From the NCBI GenBank assembly GCA_000830295.1, contig CP010425.1, positions 736,001-800,000 of the forward strand: a stretch of 64,000 bases of DNA. The letters run 5' to 3'. This document shows positions 46,648-56,697 of this stretch, in pieces. Each line of letters begins with the position of its first letter. Position 1 is the first letter of the stretch. The notes under the pieces are model-generated. The model was given only the letters and a program-made list of their open reading frames with translations, did not search any database and was not told the origin of the DNA. The stretch comes from an archaeon GW2011_AR15 (lineage in GTDB: Archaea > Nanobdellota > Nanobdellia > Woesearchaeales > GW2011-AR15). A program made the translations under genes and the position numbers.

Positions 46648-46741
46648 TCGACCTCCGTTATTTTTGCTGTTTGGTTGTATAGTGCATTTAAAAATCTTTC
46701 GTAGCAAGACCCAGAGTATCTCCTATCCCATCTTTTGACCA

Positions 46742-46867
46742 CTAGCTCCTCGCAACACTTTTTTTGCATTTTTTACAGTAGAAAATATGGTATATATCCC
46801 CGCCTATTTCCCTCGTGGATTTTTCCTCCATTTCTGAGTTGCACGTGCTGCATTTTTTGTCCGGCAT
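46742..46867 (-). CDS. Small zinc-ribbon protein, 41 aa (not in ORF track)
   Basis: MPDKKCSTCNSEMEEKSTREIGGDIYHIFYCKKCKKSVARS; TATA-like tract upstream. Confidence 0.65.
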   Translation of the reverse strand: MPDKKCSTCNSEMEEKSTREIGGDIYHIFYCKKCKKSVARS

Positions 46868-46967
46868 ATAAACATGGAATTAAGCTGACTAAGTATAAAA
46901 AGATTGCTACTCTCTATCTTGGATAGATTTAAATTGTTAATCAAATTTAATTATTGGAGCCGGAACT

Positions 46968-48140
46968 ATGAAAGCAGATGATTTTCTTGGGAAAGAAGTA
47001 GAGAGATTGAAGAAAGAGAGCCTGAACTGGAAACTGAGGGAGTTACAGTCCGCATCAAGGCCGCATGCAAAAGTTGATGGCAGGGATGTGCTTATGATGT
47101 GCACAAATAATTACCTTGGACTTTCTACACACCCAAAACTGATTAAGGCAATGACAGATGCAACAAAAGAATGGGGCGTGGGCGCAGGGGCAGTTCCTGT
47201 CTTATCAGGAAATACTACCCTGCAGAGAAAGTTTGAGAAAAAATTTGCAAAATTCAAGGGTGCTGAAGCTGCTCTGCTGTGCCAGACAGGTTTTGCAGTG
47301 AATTCAGGGTTAATTCCGCAGCTTGTAGGAGAGGGAGATATTGCCATTTCTGACCAGCTGAACCACGGGAGCATAATAGACGGCGTAAGGCTGTCAAAGG
47401 CAGACAAGGCTGTCTACAGGCATAAGGATGTCAATGAGCTTGAAACAGTTCTTAAAAACTCGAAAGAGCACAAGACAAAGCTCATCATAACAGATGGCGT
47501 TTTCTCAATGGACGGAGATATTGCGCCTCTGAAGGAAATAGTTGAGGTTGCTGAAAAGTATGATGCATTGGTATATGTTGATGATTGCCACGGAGAAGGT
47601 GTTCTTGGTCAGGGGAAGGGGATTGTGAGTCATTTTAACCTGCACGGCAGGGTCCATGTTGAGGGAGGTTCCCTGGGAAAAGCTTTCGGAGTCATCGGGG
47701 GGACAATTGCAGGCTCAAAAGAGCTTGTGGAATTTGCATACAATAAATCAAGGACATGGCTGCTGAGCACAGCCCACCCTCCCGGGGTTATAGCAGCGTG
47801 CATTGCAGCTATTGATGTTATTGAAACAGAGCCGCAGCATGTTGAAAATTTGTGGAAGAACACAGAGTATTTCAAGAAGCAGCTTGACGGGATGGGATTT
47901 AATACAGGGGAGAGTGAAACTCCTATAATCCCGATAATAACCGGAGACCCTAAATCAGCGCAGGAATTCGGGAAAAGGCTTATGGATGAGAATATCTTTG
48001 TAACCCCTATTGTATATCCGATGGTCGCAAAAGAGCTCTCAAGGCTGAGGACTCAGATGTCTGCTTTAATGACTAAAGAAGATCTGGACAGGGCGCTTGA
48101 GGCTATTGGAAGAATAGGAAAAGAGCTTAAAATTGTTTGA
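46968..48140 (+). CDS. PLP-dependent alpha-oxoamine synthase (2-amino-3-ketobutyrate CoA ligase / BioF family)
   Basis: NNYLGL, NHGSIIDG, DGVFSMDGD, DDCHG, SLGKAFG. Confidence 0.92.
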   Translation: MKADDFLGKEVERLKKESLNWKLRELQSASRPHAKVDGRDVLMMCTNNYLGLSTHPKLIKAMTDATKEWGVGAGAVPVLSGNTTLQRKFEKKFAKFKGAEAALLCQTGFAVNSGLIPQLVGEGDIAISDQLNHGSIIDGVRLSKADKAVYRHKDVNELETVLKNSKEHKTKLIITDGVFSMDGDIAPLKEIVEVAEKYDALVYVDDCHGEGVLGQGKGIVSHFNLHGRVHVEGGSLGKAFGVIGGTIAGSKELVEFAYNKSRTWLLSTAHPPGVIAACIAAIDVIETEPQHVENLWKNTEYFKKQLDGMGFNTGESETPIIPIITGDPKSAQEFGKRLMDENIFVTPIVYPMVAKELSRLRTQMSALMTKEDLDRALEAIGRIGKELKIV

Positions 48141-48188
48141 TTTCAGATTATATCATATAGGTTTAAATATAAATTTCTGCCACTTTCT

Positions 48189-49277
48189 TTGATGGGATTC
48201 AGAACAACACTGGCAACTCTTGTTGCACTAGTTACTTTAGGAGCTACTGCGTGCGGAGCAACTCCACAAACTTCACCAACAATAGATAATCTAGTTACAA
48301 ATACACCAACAGTTTCTGCTACATACACGCCAACTGCTGTTCCTACAGCCACGCCCGAGCCTGTTTATCAGGAAGTACAGGGTGTCAGAGTGCCTACGAA
48401 CATATATTTAGAAGGAGATTCTTGTATTCCAATGGAATTACAAGGTCAAGAGAAGTGTGTCAATATGTTTGTATATGGGACCTCTCCTGTAGTTCCAGAT
48501 AACTGGGAAGGTATTGTTAATGTCATTGGTGATATTGAAATAAGAAATTTAACAATAGAACCTGGAACAGAAGTTTATGTGACTGCGCATAACGATATAA
48601 ATAATTTGTTTACATACCCAGGAAATATGTTGCAAGGAATTAATGAAACACATGAAAACATTGAGGGAGTTCATTATGGTGAATATTTTTATGATGAAGG
48701 GAATCACATCACTATTAATGTTACAGGTGAATTATATGCTGTAGGTACTGAAGAAGAGCCAATACTGATAACATCAGATGCTGCTGAGCCAACGAGGTGG
48801 GATTGGAATGAATTGATATTTAGAAGTGGTATTATGGAATATAATATAGTAGAATATAGCAGACCAGTGCATATGGGTGGAGAACATGATGCAGGAGTAC
48901 CGCCCGAGACAATAATAAAAAATTCTATTATAAGACATACAGGAGGCGCAGGACTTTTTGTGCTGTATACAAATATAGTGATAGATGGGATTCAAATATA
49001 TGATCCCGCACATGAAGGGATAGGGGGCTTAGGTGTTAGTGATGGAGTAGATTACCAAATTATAAGGAATAGTACAATTGGACCTATCTTGGGATATATA
49101 TGCATAGGTGGAGACGGGAAAGGCACACCACCAGAAATATATGATAATATTATACAAGGTTGTGAACATGGTATCTATTTTCTTCCTCAACCAGAACAAG
49201 AGTTTCCAGTAGAAGATTATCTTAATAATAATGAATTTATTAATGTAAGAGTTAAATTTAGCGATACAGGTGATTAA
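48189..49277 (+). CDS. Exported lipoprotein-like protein with Thr/Pro linker and beta-helix repeats
   Basis: LGATACG, TPTAVPTATP, LTIEPGT, GTEEEPILITS. Confidence 0.7.
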   Translation: MMGFRTTLATLVALVTLGATACGATPQTSPTIDNLVTNTPTVSATYTPTAVPTATPEPVYQEVQGVRVPTNIYLEGDSCIPMELQGQEKCVNMFVYGTSPVVPDNWEGIVNVIGDIEIRNLTIEPGTEVYVTAHNDINNLFTYPGNMLQGINETHENIEGVHYGEYFYDEGNHITINVTGELYAVGTEEEPILITSDAAEPTRWDWNELIFRSGIMEYNIVEYSRPVHMGGEHDAGVPPETIIKNSIIRHTGGAGLFVLYTNIVIDGIQIYDPAHEGIGGLGVSDGVDYQIIRNSTIGPILGYICIGGDGKGTPPEIYDNIIQGCEHGIYFLPQPEQEFPVEDYLNNNEFINVRVKFSDTGD

Positions 49278-49545
49278 AATCCTGTTTACCTTTTTTTATT
49301 CAATTAAGGAATATAAATATACAAGAAAAAATACTATCCTCTTCTAATTCTTTCTAATTATTAGAAAACATTTAAAACTGGGAGATACTCTAATAGGATT
49401 AATGTTTTACAAAGAAGAAGATAAAAAATATTACATTTTTTTATTAATTACTCCAGGCATAAACTCATCTTTTTCATGATTAGTCCGACAAATTTATAAA
49501 GCAGGATTATCTTAAAATCTTAATTGCATTTTTGGAGGGAAATTT

Positions 49546-50481
49546 ATGATTGAAGTGAAACAAAAGCTGGATTCTGTTACTAAGGAATTAAAGAAAGTCA
49601 TTGTCGGCCAGGATGAGGTTATGAAGCATATCCTCGTGGCTATATTATGCGATGCAAACGCACTGCTTGAAAGCTATCCCGGATTGGGAAAAACTACTAT
49701 GGTTAAGACAATGGCAGATGTCATGGACCTTAAATTCTCCAGGATCCAGAGCACTCCTGACCTGATGCCTACAGATATTATCGGGACCTACGTGCTTGAG
49801 GAATCAGAGGGGAAGAGAGGATTTAATTTTCATAAAGGCCCGATTTTTGCTAATATAATACTTGCAGACGAAATCAACAGGGCGACTCCAAAAACACAAT
49901 CAGCATTGCTTGAAGCAATGCAGGAGAAGCAGGTCACTGCAGGAAAAAATACATTCCAGCTTGACAGGCCGTTTTTCGTGCTTGCAACACAGAATCCTAT
50001 AGAGCAGGAAGGGACCTATCCCCTGCCCGAAGCCCAAACTGACAGGTTCCTTTTGAAAATAAAAATAGGCTATCCTACTGAAGAAGAAGAGGATATGATT
50101 ATTGACAGGTTTACAGGAAAAACGCATGTTGAGAATGTAAAAAAAGTTTTTGACAAATCAGTAGTTGAAAAGTTCCAGCAGTATACACGGGAAGTTCCTA
50201 TTGCAAATGATCTGAAAAAAAGGGTGCTTAATATAGTCAGGCTCACGAGGGCTGAAAAGTCCATGATTGAATATGGCGCATCACCGAGGGCATCTCTTGG
50301 CCTGGTTATGGCAAGCAAGGCAAATGCGCTTCTTGAAGGAAGGAATTTTGTAAGCAAGAAGGATATTGATGAGATGGCATACCCTGTTCTGAGGCACAGG
50401 CTGATACTAAATTTTGAGGCTGAGAGAAGCGGCATGACAACCGATGATGCCATAAAGAAAATTCTTGATAAGGCAAAGTAA
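49546..50481 (+). CDS. MoxR-family AAA+ ATPase
   Basis: PGLGKT, DEINRATPKTQSALLEAMQE, ATQNP, GASPR. Confidence 0.95.
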   Translation: MIEVKQKLDSVTKELKKVIVGQDEVMKHILVAILCDANALLESYPGLGKTTMVKTMADVMDLKFSRIQSTPDLMPTDIIGTYVLEESEGKRGFNFHKGPIFANIILADEINRATPKTQSALLEAMQEKQVTAGKNTFQLDRPFFVLATQNPIEQEGTYPLPEAQTDRFLLKIKIGYPTEEEEDMIIDRFTGKTHVENVKKVFDKSVVEKFQQYTREVPIANDLKKRVLNIVRLTRAEKSMIEYGASPRASLGLVMASKANALLEGRNFVSKKDIDEMAYPVLRHRLILNFEAERSGMTTDDAIKKILDKAK

Positions 50482-51336
50482 ATGATAGATACAGCATTCC
50501 TGTCGCAGCTGAAAAGGTTCCATATAATAGTAAATAAGAAAGTTACAAGCAGCTTTACAGGGAGCAGGAGAAGCCATTCTGCAGGGCAGGGAATAGTCAT
50601 AAGCGATTTTAGGCCGTATACGCCAGGAGACGATTTCAGGGCTATTGACTGGAAAGTATACGCAAGGACAGACGAGTTCTTCATTAAGAGATATGAAGAG
50701 GAGAAAAACCTGACAACGCATGTACTTCTTGATGCAAGCAAGAGCATGGACTACGGGACTGCGAAGAGGACTAAATTTGAATATGCCTCTATGCTGGCGC
50801 TGGGCTTTGCCTACCTGAGCATGAGGGATAATGAAAGGTATACGCTCTCTCTTATATCCGACAAGACGGATTATCTTAGGGCAAAAAGGAGCTCCAACCA
50901 GATACTTGGTTTTCTCAACCATCTGAATAAGATCAAATGCAAAGGAGTCATACGGTTTGAAGAAGAGGTGAAGAAGTACAGGAAATCAATAAAATCAAAA
51001 TCCCTTGTTGTCATAATCTCCGATTTCCTTTTTGACGTCGAGCAGATAAAGAGCACGCTGCACCTTTTCAAGCATCACGAGGTGAAAGTAATACAGATAC
51101 TGGACCAGTCAGAGACTAATTTCAAGGTTTATGGCTCTGTAATCCTTGAGGACGCTGAGACAGGAAAAGAGCTTGAGACATATGTAACAGAGCAAAAAAG
51201 GCAGGAGTTTAGGGAAAGGCTGTACAAGCACATCACAGAAATAGAGCATGAAACCAAGAGCATAGGCGGGAAATTTTTCCTTTTCTCGACAGAAGAGCCG
51301 TTATTTGATGCTTTTTACAGGATTGTCAACACATAA
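50482..51336 (+). CDS. DUF58-family vWA-like MoxR partner
   Basis: RPYTPGDDFRAIDWKVYART, LDASKSM, ISDF. Confidence 0.92.
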   Translation: MIDTAFLSQLKRFHIIVNKKVTSSFTGSRRSHSAGQGIVISDFRPYTPGDDFRAIDWKVYARTDEFFIKRYEEEKNLTTHVLLDASKSMDYGTAKRTKFEYASMLALGFAYLSMRDNERYTLSLISDKTDYLRAKRSSNQILGFLNHLNKIKCKGVIRFEEEVKKYRKSIKSKSLVVIISDFLFDVEQIKSTLHLFKHHEVKVIQILDQSETNFKVYGSVILEDAETGKELETYVTEQKRQEFRERLYKHITEIEHETKSIGGKFFLFSTEEPLFDAFYRIVNT

Positions 51337-51338
51337 AC

Positions 51339-52007
51339 TCACTTCTTCTCCGCAACCACCTCGAGATAAGAGGAGCCGTTGTCTATATTCCTTTCCTCAC
51401 ACATTATTATATTAAAATCTTTGAATAGCTCCTCGACATATTCTGAACTGAAAAAATGCCTCACATAGCCTGTCTCGTCTTGATACATGTCCTTTTCAAG
51501 CTCTTTTCCCTTGCCGTAATTTCTGTCATTTACTGATTTCACCTGGAACATGAACAGACCCTCACTTTTCAGCACTCTTTTTATCTCTGAAACTATCTTC
51601 CTAAGCTCCTTGTCAGTAAAATAATGCAGCCCAAGCCTGGAATAGGCAAATTCAAACGAATCATCCTCAAAAGGCAGGCCTTCTGAAATCTCTTTGACGA
51701 GGGCAGAAATGAACAGGCTGTATTTTTTCTGAAGTTCATTAAATTGTTTCATAGCTTCAGGAGAATAGTCCAGAGCGCTCACTTTTAGGCCTTTATTATG
51801 GAAGAATATGCTGTCAGCACCTTTTCCGCAGCACAGATCCAGCAACCTGCCGCTTTTTCTCTTAATAAAATTAGCATAGCACAGCTTTGCAAAACCCGTA
51901 ACCTGATTGTATTTTCCTGCAGATTCCCTGTGCTTTTCATCCCATATTTTCTTATCGAACATCTGATACTCACTTTTCTTATGTATTCTTATATTTTTCC
52001 CATTCAA
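51339..52007 (-). CDS. Class I SAM-dependent methyltransferase
   Basis: LLDLCCGKG, ALDYS, LHYF, RVLKSEG. Confidence 0.88.
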   Translation of the reverse strand: MNGKNIRIHKKSEYQMFDKKIWDEKHRESAGKYNQVTGFAKLCYANFIKRKSGRLLDLCCGKGADSIFFHNKGLKVSALDYSPEAMKQFNELQKKYSLFISALVKEISEGLPFEDDSFEFAYSRLGLHYFTDKELRKIVSEIKRVLKSEGLFMFQVKSVNDRNYGKGKELEKDMYQDETGYVRHFFSSEYVEELFKDFNIIMCEERNIDNGSSYLEVVAEKK

Positions 52008-52241
52008 ACTTTCTTTTATTTATTATCTATATTGAAATAAATATTCTATTTGTCGATATTATTCAATATTATAGTTTATATAATGACTTTTTGATAAAAT
52101 ATCGAATAAATATGTTATTATATAAAATACCGAAAAAATTCGTTAAAATTATAAAATAGTAAAAACTTCAATTTTCTAAAATCATTAAAGATTCTTAAGA
52201 ATAATTAAATATTTTAATCAAAAATTAAAATAAATAATAAT

Positions 52242-52757
52242 CTAATTTTCATCAGGAGAATTGGAATGGGATTCCTTCTGTCTCATAGTCTCAGATATCT
52301 TTTCTTTTTTTATTGAATTCTGCAGCTCCCTTACATATTTCAGTGTCAATTCCAGATTATTTTTTATTTTCACAGCCGCTTTTTCAAATGCATTCTCAAG
52401 AGTAGCTCCGTTGAGCTTATATCCTATGATAACCTTGCCCTCAAATATATAGCTTGTCTTGATGATAAGGTCAAGATCAATCCACCGCTTTATGTAGTCA
52501 TACATTGTCTGCCGTGTTATGCCTGCGACATTTCCCATTTCCTCAACTGTGAGGACTGCCAACTCAGGCTTTTTCTCTTTGGCAGAGAGTTTTATCCTTT
52601 CATATAGCTCTATCAGGACCCGATACATCTGCTCAGTTGAGCCGACTTTTCTGGGAGAAAGGCCCATCCTACTTATCACTATGGTCGCCAGTTCTTTAGA
52701 ATCCGGGTTCATAGAGGAGGGTTCTTTCTGCGTGAGATAAAATGCTCTTCTGGCCAT
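52242..52757 (-). CDS. Winged-helix DNA-binding protein
   Basis: LTVEEMGNVAGITRQTMYDYIKRW HTH plus wing GYKL. Confidence 0.75.
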   Translation of the reverse strand: MARRAFYLTQKEPSSMNPDSKELATIVISRMGLSPRKVGSTEQMYRVLIELYERIKLSAKEKKPELAVLTVEEMGNVAGITRQTMYDYIKRWIDLDLIIKTSYIFEGKVIIGYKLNGATLENAFEKAAVKIKNNLELTLKYVRELQNSIKKEKISETMRQKESHSNSPDEN

Positions 52758-53021
52758 AAGTGAGATTATTGTATAATTGCCTTATATATTTTTGTATTTT
52801 GCCGACAGGCCAGGCAGTTCATGTATAGCCGGTTATACACAAAGCTAAAACATAGAATTACTTACTAATTTACTTCTGAAGTAGAGATATATGATTAAAA
52901 TCTGTTATCAAACCTAAAATAAGCCGTTTTTTCATTTTATTGGCAGCTTAAGGCACAGAAATGCAGGCTAAAAAAGCCTGTTTTTTGCATTTTCTCAGCT
53001 GAAAATCAAGTTTCAGAAATA

Positions 53022-53228
53022 TTCGGGATAATACCATATTACCCATAAGACACAAAAATGGCAGATTTGGAGATTATGCCATCGCAGTCAAAATAATCCC
53101 GACAGGTTTGGCATAATTCCGACAAAATAGTTCAACCCTGTTTGAGGCTATAGGCCCCCCTAATGAATGGAAGTATGGCAATCTAAGGGTAGTTAGGTAA
53201 GTTCTATGGGACTTGTCGGGATATTGCC
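53022..53228. repeat. Cluster of ~15-bp repeats GGCAWWATYCCGACA in both orientations
   Basis: 53090-53104 and 53110-53124 (+); 53214-53228, 53022-53035, 53066-53080 (-, partly degenerate). Confidence 0.6.
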
Positions 53229-53304
53229 GTTTGGCTAGTCCAGTATACTTTTTTGGTAATTTTCGAAGATAAGTTTTTATATCGGGTTTTTACATAAAAT
53301 TAGG

Positions 53305-53499
53305 GTGATGTTTATGCCAATTGTCAGAATTGACCTGTGGGCCGGAAGGACTCCGGAAATAAAGGAGAAGCTAATACAGAATGTTTCAAAGGCAGTAGCA
53401 GAGACTATAGGCAAGCCTGTTGATCATGTAACCGTAATCATCAATGATGTGCCGAAAGAGAACTGGGGAGCAAAAGGGATACAGGCTTCTAAACTATAG
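53305..53499 (+). CDS. 4-oxalocrotonate tautomerase family protein
   Basis: MPIVRI (catalytic Pro1), GRTPE.K, ENWG; true start likely ATG 53314. Confidence 0.9.
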   Translation: MMFMPIVRIDLWAGRTPEIKEKLIQNVSKAVAETIGKPVDHVTVIINDVPKENWGAKGIQASKL

Positions 53500-53741
53500 C
53501 TTCAAAACATTATTTTTAATTATCTATCTCTTAACCTATCTAATATAAAATATATTTTATAAATATATTTTTCAATATTGTAATTAAATTTATTTTAATT
53601 TTATAAAATATTATAATTTTTGATTAAATATTTTAGTTAATTTTTAATATTAAATATTTTTATAAATAATTAAATATTTTAATCAGTATTTTTCGCCTCT
53701 TTTTCGAAAAGATTTATAACCATATAAAGCATTTTAATCTT

Positions 53742-53909
53742 ATGGCTGACTTACGGGACAGGGAGTTAAATAAGAAGCTGAGGGAACTCAAAAAACAGGA
53801 TATACCTTCTGCTGAAGATATTAAGAAAAAAAGTGAGAGATTGGAAGAAAAAGAAGAGTCTTTCCTGAAAAAATTCTTTAAAAGAATTAGCAGTAAAAAA
53901 AGGAAATAG
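53742..53909 (+). CDS. Small basic protein, 55 aa (not in ORF track)
   Basis: MADLRDRELNKKLRELKK..SFLKKFFKRISSKKRK; CGAAAAGATTTATAA promoter upstream. Confidence 0.55.
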   Translation: MADLRDRELNKKLRELKKQDIPSAEDIKKKSERLEEKEESFLKKFFKRISSKKRK

Positions 53910-53916
53910 TTGCCAT

Positions 53917-54537
53917 ATGCCAAAAACTCCTGCAAATAGTGTGGTTCTGGAATTTGTAAACAAGATTTTCTTAGAGTATAGTCCGCAATATCACAGCATC
54001 AAGAAGATAGCTGAGCGTGATCTTGGTCAGGAACTGATAGATAAGATACATGAATTCCTTAAGGACAGAGAAAAATTAAAGCCGATCCAGAGCCTCAAAA
54101 AAATCATATTTGAGGACCCCTCCAATGTAGGTGAAGAGGATATAAATGACATTGTAGATGCCTTCATAAAGATGAGGTCTCAGGGGACGCTTGCTGAAAT
54201 TGATAAAAAGAGTATAGATGATATACTGATATTGTTCAACCAGTGGATAATGATAGGCAAAGAGCACGGGCATAGTGTATTGCCGGGGAACGTATATATC
54301 CCGCCGTCAAATAGTGAGGCAAGCCAGAACCTTGAGCAGCAGATAATGCAGATGGAGCCAAGCTTCAGGAACCAGGAGCTTTATCCGGACTTCAGGACAA
54401 AGAGCCTTTATTCAAATGCGAACACAGAGTTCTATGAATCTCTAAAAGACCAGGGAGAATTCCGCTTCGGTGAGGATGATGGCAAGAGCATTTATGAGTC
54501 AAAGGCCACCTACAAGGCGCAGAAAGGGACTTTTTAG
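53917..54537 (+). CDS. Hypothetical protein
   Basis: 206-aa ORF. Confidence 0.6.
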   Translation: MPKTPANSVVLEFVNKIFLEYSPQYHSIKKIAERDLGQELIDKIHEFLKDREKLKPIQSLKKIIFEDPSNVGEEDINDIVDAFIKMRSQGTLAEIDKKSIDDILILFNQWIMIGKEHGHSVLPGNVYIPPSNSEASQNLEQQIMQMEPSFRNQELYPDFRTKSLYSNANTEFYESLKDQGEFRFGEDDGKSIYESKATYKAQKGTF

Positions 54538-54572
54538 CAAATTATATAAAATCACTAACTAAATTAGTTTCT

Positions 54573-55199
54573 ATGGCATCTGATGACCTGCAGAATATGT
54601 CCTCCAGCGAGATTCTGGAGCTACAGAAAAAGAACTGTATATTCTGCAAAATAATAAGCAAAGAAATACCTTCTAATGAGATATATTCTGATGACAGGGT
54701 TATGGTTATCCTTGATATAAATCCAGCAGCAGAAGGGCACTGTATTATCCTGCCGAAACAGCATTATCAGATACTGCCACAGATACCTGATGAGCTCGTC
54801 GGGTATTTATTCAAGACAGCCAAGAAAATATCAAAATCGCTCCTGAAATCCCTTGCTGTGCAGGGTACTACAATATTTGTGGCAAACGGCGGCCTTGCCG
54901 GCCAGAAAGCACCCCATTTTATGCTTCATGTCATCCCACGAAAACCAGGCGATTTGCTGTTCCGGCTGCCAAAAAACAACATGGATGAGAAAGAGCTTGA
55001 TGCTGTCCAGGGATTGCTATCACTGATGAAAAAGCCGGAAAAAAAACAGCAGGCAAAAGAACAGAAAGAGAAGGCTGAGGAGAAGCCGAAAAAGAAGCCA
55101 GTAAAAAAAGAAAGAGAGGCCAAGCCAAAACCAGACAAGTCTGCAAAAGTAAACATTGATGATATTGCCGGCCTTTTCCTTGGAGGGAAAAATGGCTGA
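54573..55199 (+). CDS. HIT-family protein with degenerate triad
   Basis: CIFCKI, LDINP..GH, GQKAPHFMLHVIPR. Confidence 0.85.
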   Translation: MASDDLQNMSSSEILELQKKNCIFCKIISKEIPSNEIYSDDRVMVILDINPAAEGHCIILPKQHYQILPQIPDELVGYLFKTAKKISKSLLKSLAVQGTTIFVANGGLAGQKAPHFMLHVIPRKPGDLLFRLPKNNMDEKELDAVQGLLSLMKKPEKKQQAKEQKEKAEEKPKKKPVKKEREAKPKPDKSAKVNIDDIAGLFLGGKNG

Positions 55200-55737
55200 A
55201 TGCGACATCTGCGCCATCCTGAAGAATAAGGAAGAGTTCAGGTTTATCTACGAGGATGAGAAGTGTTTTGCACTCCTTCACGAAAGCCCCGCAGTCCTTG
55301 GTCATACACTTGTAATTCCGAAGCAGCATGCAGCTATACTTGAGGAGCTTGAGGAAGAGATAGTGGAGCATCTTTTTGTTGTCTGCAACAAGATGTCCAC
55401 GCTGCTCTTTGAAAGGCTGAAAGTCCATGGTACGAATATCATTTTAAATAACGGGCATGCTGCAGGCCAGGAGCTTAACCATGTTACTATAAGCGTGCTT
55501 CCAAGAAAAGAAAATGATAAGCTGGATCTGGAATGGGAGCCGAAAAAAGCAACAGAGCAGGAATTAAAGGCAGTTGCCTCAATAATAAAATCAGCCTCGG
55601 ATATAGTTTTTGCAGCAAAAGGGAGTTCTCATAGCACAAAAACTGCAGAACATAATTCTCATGAAACTGAATATCATAATGAAGAAGAAAAAATAGAAGA
55701 AAATTATATGGCTAAAGCATTCAGAAGAACGCCTTAG
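55192..55737 (+). CDS. Second HIT-family protein with degenerate triad
   Basis: CDIC, GHTLVIPKQH, AGQELNHVTISVLPR; GGAGG RBS. Confidence 0.85.
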   Translation: MAECDICAILKNKEEFRFIYEDEKCFALLHESPAVLGHTLVIPKQHAAILEELEEEIVEHLFVVCNKMSTLLFERLKVHGTNIILNNGHAAGQELNHVTISVLPRKENDKLDLEWEPKKATEQELKAVASIIKSASDIVFAAKGSSHSTKTAEHNSHETEYHNEEEKIEENYMAKAFRRTP

Positions 55738-56300
55738 GATGTAGCTGCAATACCATTATCCCATGTAACAGCTGAACAGTCATCAAAGGTATCAACTGTT
55801 TCCTCATCAAACTCAAGTTCTGGCTTTGTGCATGTTATTGTTGTGGCTGCTGCAATCTGAGGGCTTATTGAGATAAATGATACTTCACCATTGTTATCTC
55901 CTGTACCGCCGAATCGGAAGCTGAACTCGCCCAGTGTGCCTGTTGTAAGGTCAGTGGTATATGTTGTTGAGTTGGCACCATCATCTCCCAGTACAGTAAC
56001 CTGCCATCCTGTGATGTCCTTTGTTCCTGTATTTTTCATGTATAATGTGACATTACCAATTGTTGAGTTTGTGACGTTGAGGCACATCCTGTACTTGCTG
56101 GATACAGTGATCAGGTCGACATCGACATCAACACCGCATTCCAGAAGGTCACTCTGCTGCTCAACGGACTGGGTCTGCTCACTTACCAGTCCCTGGATAA
56201 CAACCATAATAGCTGCGCCTATGGACACTGTAATCATGACCAACAGAACAGTAGCTATCAAAGGGGAAACTGCATTTTTGTTCATCATTTTTATACTCAC
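55734..56300 (-). CDS. Archaeal type IV pilin-like protein (class III signal peptide)
   Basis: NKNA|VSPLIATVLLVMITV. Confidence 0.85.
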   Translation of the reverse strand: MSIKMMNKNAVSPLIATVLLVMITVSIGAAIMVVIQGLVSEQTQSVEQQSDLLECGVDVDVDLITVSSKYRMCLNVTNSTIGNVTLYMKNTGTKDITGWQVTVLGDDGANSTTYTTDLTTGTLGEFSFRFGGTGDNNGEVSFISISPQIAAATTITCTKPELEFDEETVDTFDDCSAVTWDNGIAATS

Positions 56301-56433
56301 CTTATTTTATATCCTTGGTTCTTAATTAAGTTCTTCCCTATTTACTATTTAAATCTTTCTGTGTTCGCATATCAAAAGAAAGGAATAAGAGGTTCCACAA
56401 GATTTTTAAAGCATGTAGATTTCCACAGCACCA

Positions 56434-56697
56434 ATGGAAGGAGTAATAGTCAGTTTCAGAAGGGGAAGAAGAACCCAGAATATGCACCAGATGATAATTG
56501 AGGTTGTTGGTGTAGATACAAAAGAGAAAGCTGAGAAGCTGGTTGGCAAGACGGTTACATGGGAAACTCCAGGAAAGGCCAAAAAAGTTCTTAAAGGAAA
56601 GATAACAGCTGCCCATGGCGGAAAAGGCGCCGTGAGGTCATTATGGGAAACAGGTGTTCCGGGCCAGGCAGTCGGTACAAAAGTTAAAGTTGAATAA
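56434..56697 (+). CDS. rpl35ae: 50S ribosomal protein L35Ae
   Basis: FRRGRRTQ, LVGK.V.W, AHG..GAVR, PGQAVG. Confidence 0.92.
   Translation: MEGVIVSFRRGRRTQNMHQMIIEVVGVDTKEKAEKLVGKTVTWETPGKAKKVLKGKITAAHGGKGAVRSLWETGVPGQAVGTKVKVE

Noticed and set aside
46503-46769. Met/Thr-rich 88-aa ORF and possible GAT microsatellite
   Set aside because: It is an alternative frame of the poly-Asp ORF, which has the RBS and promoter.
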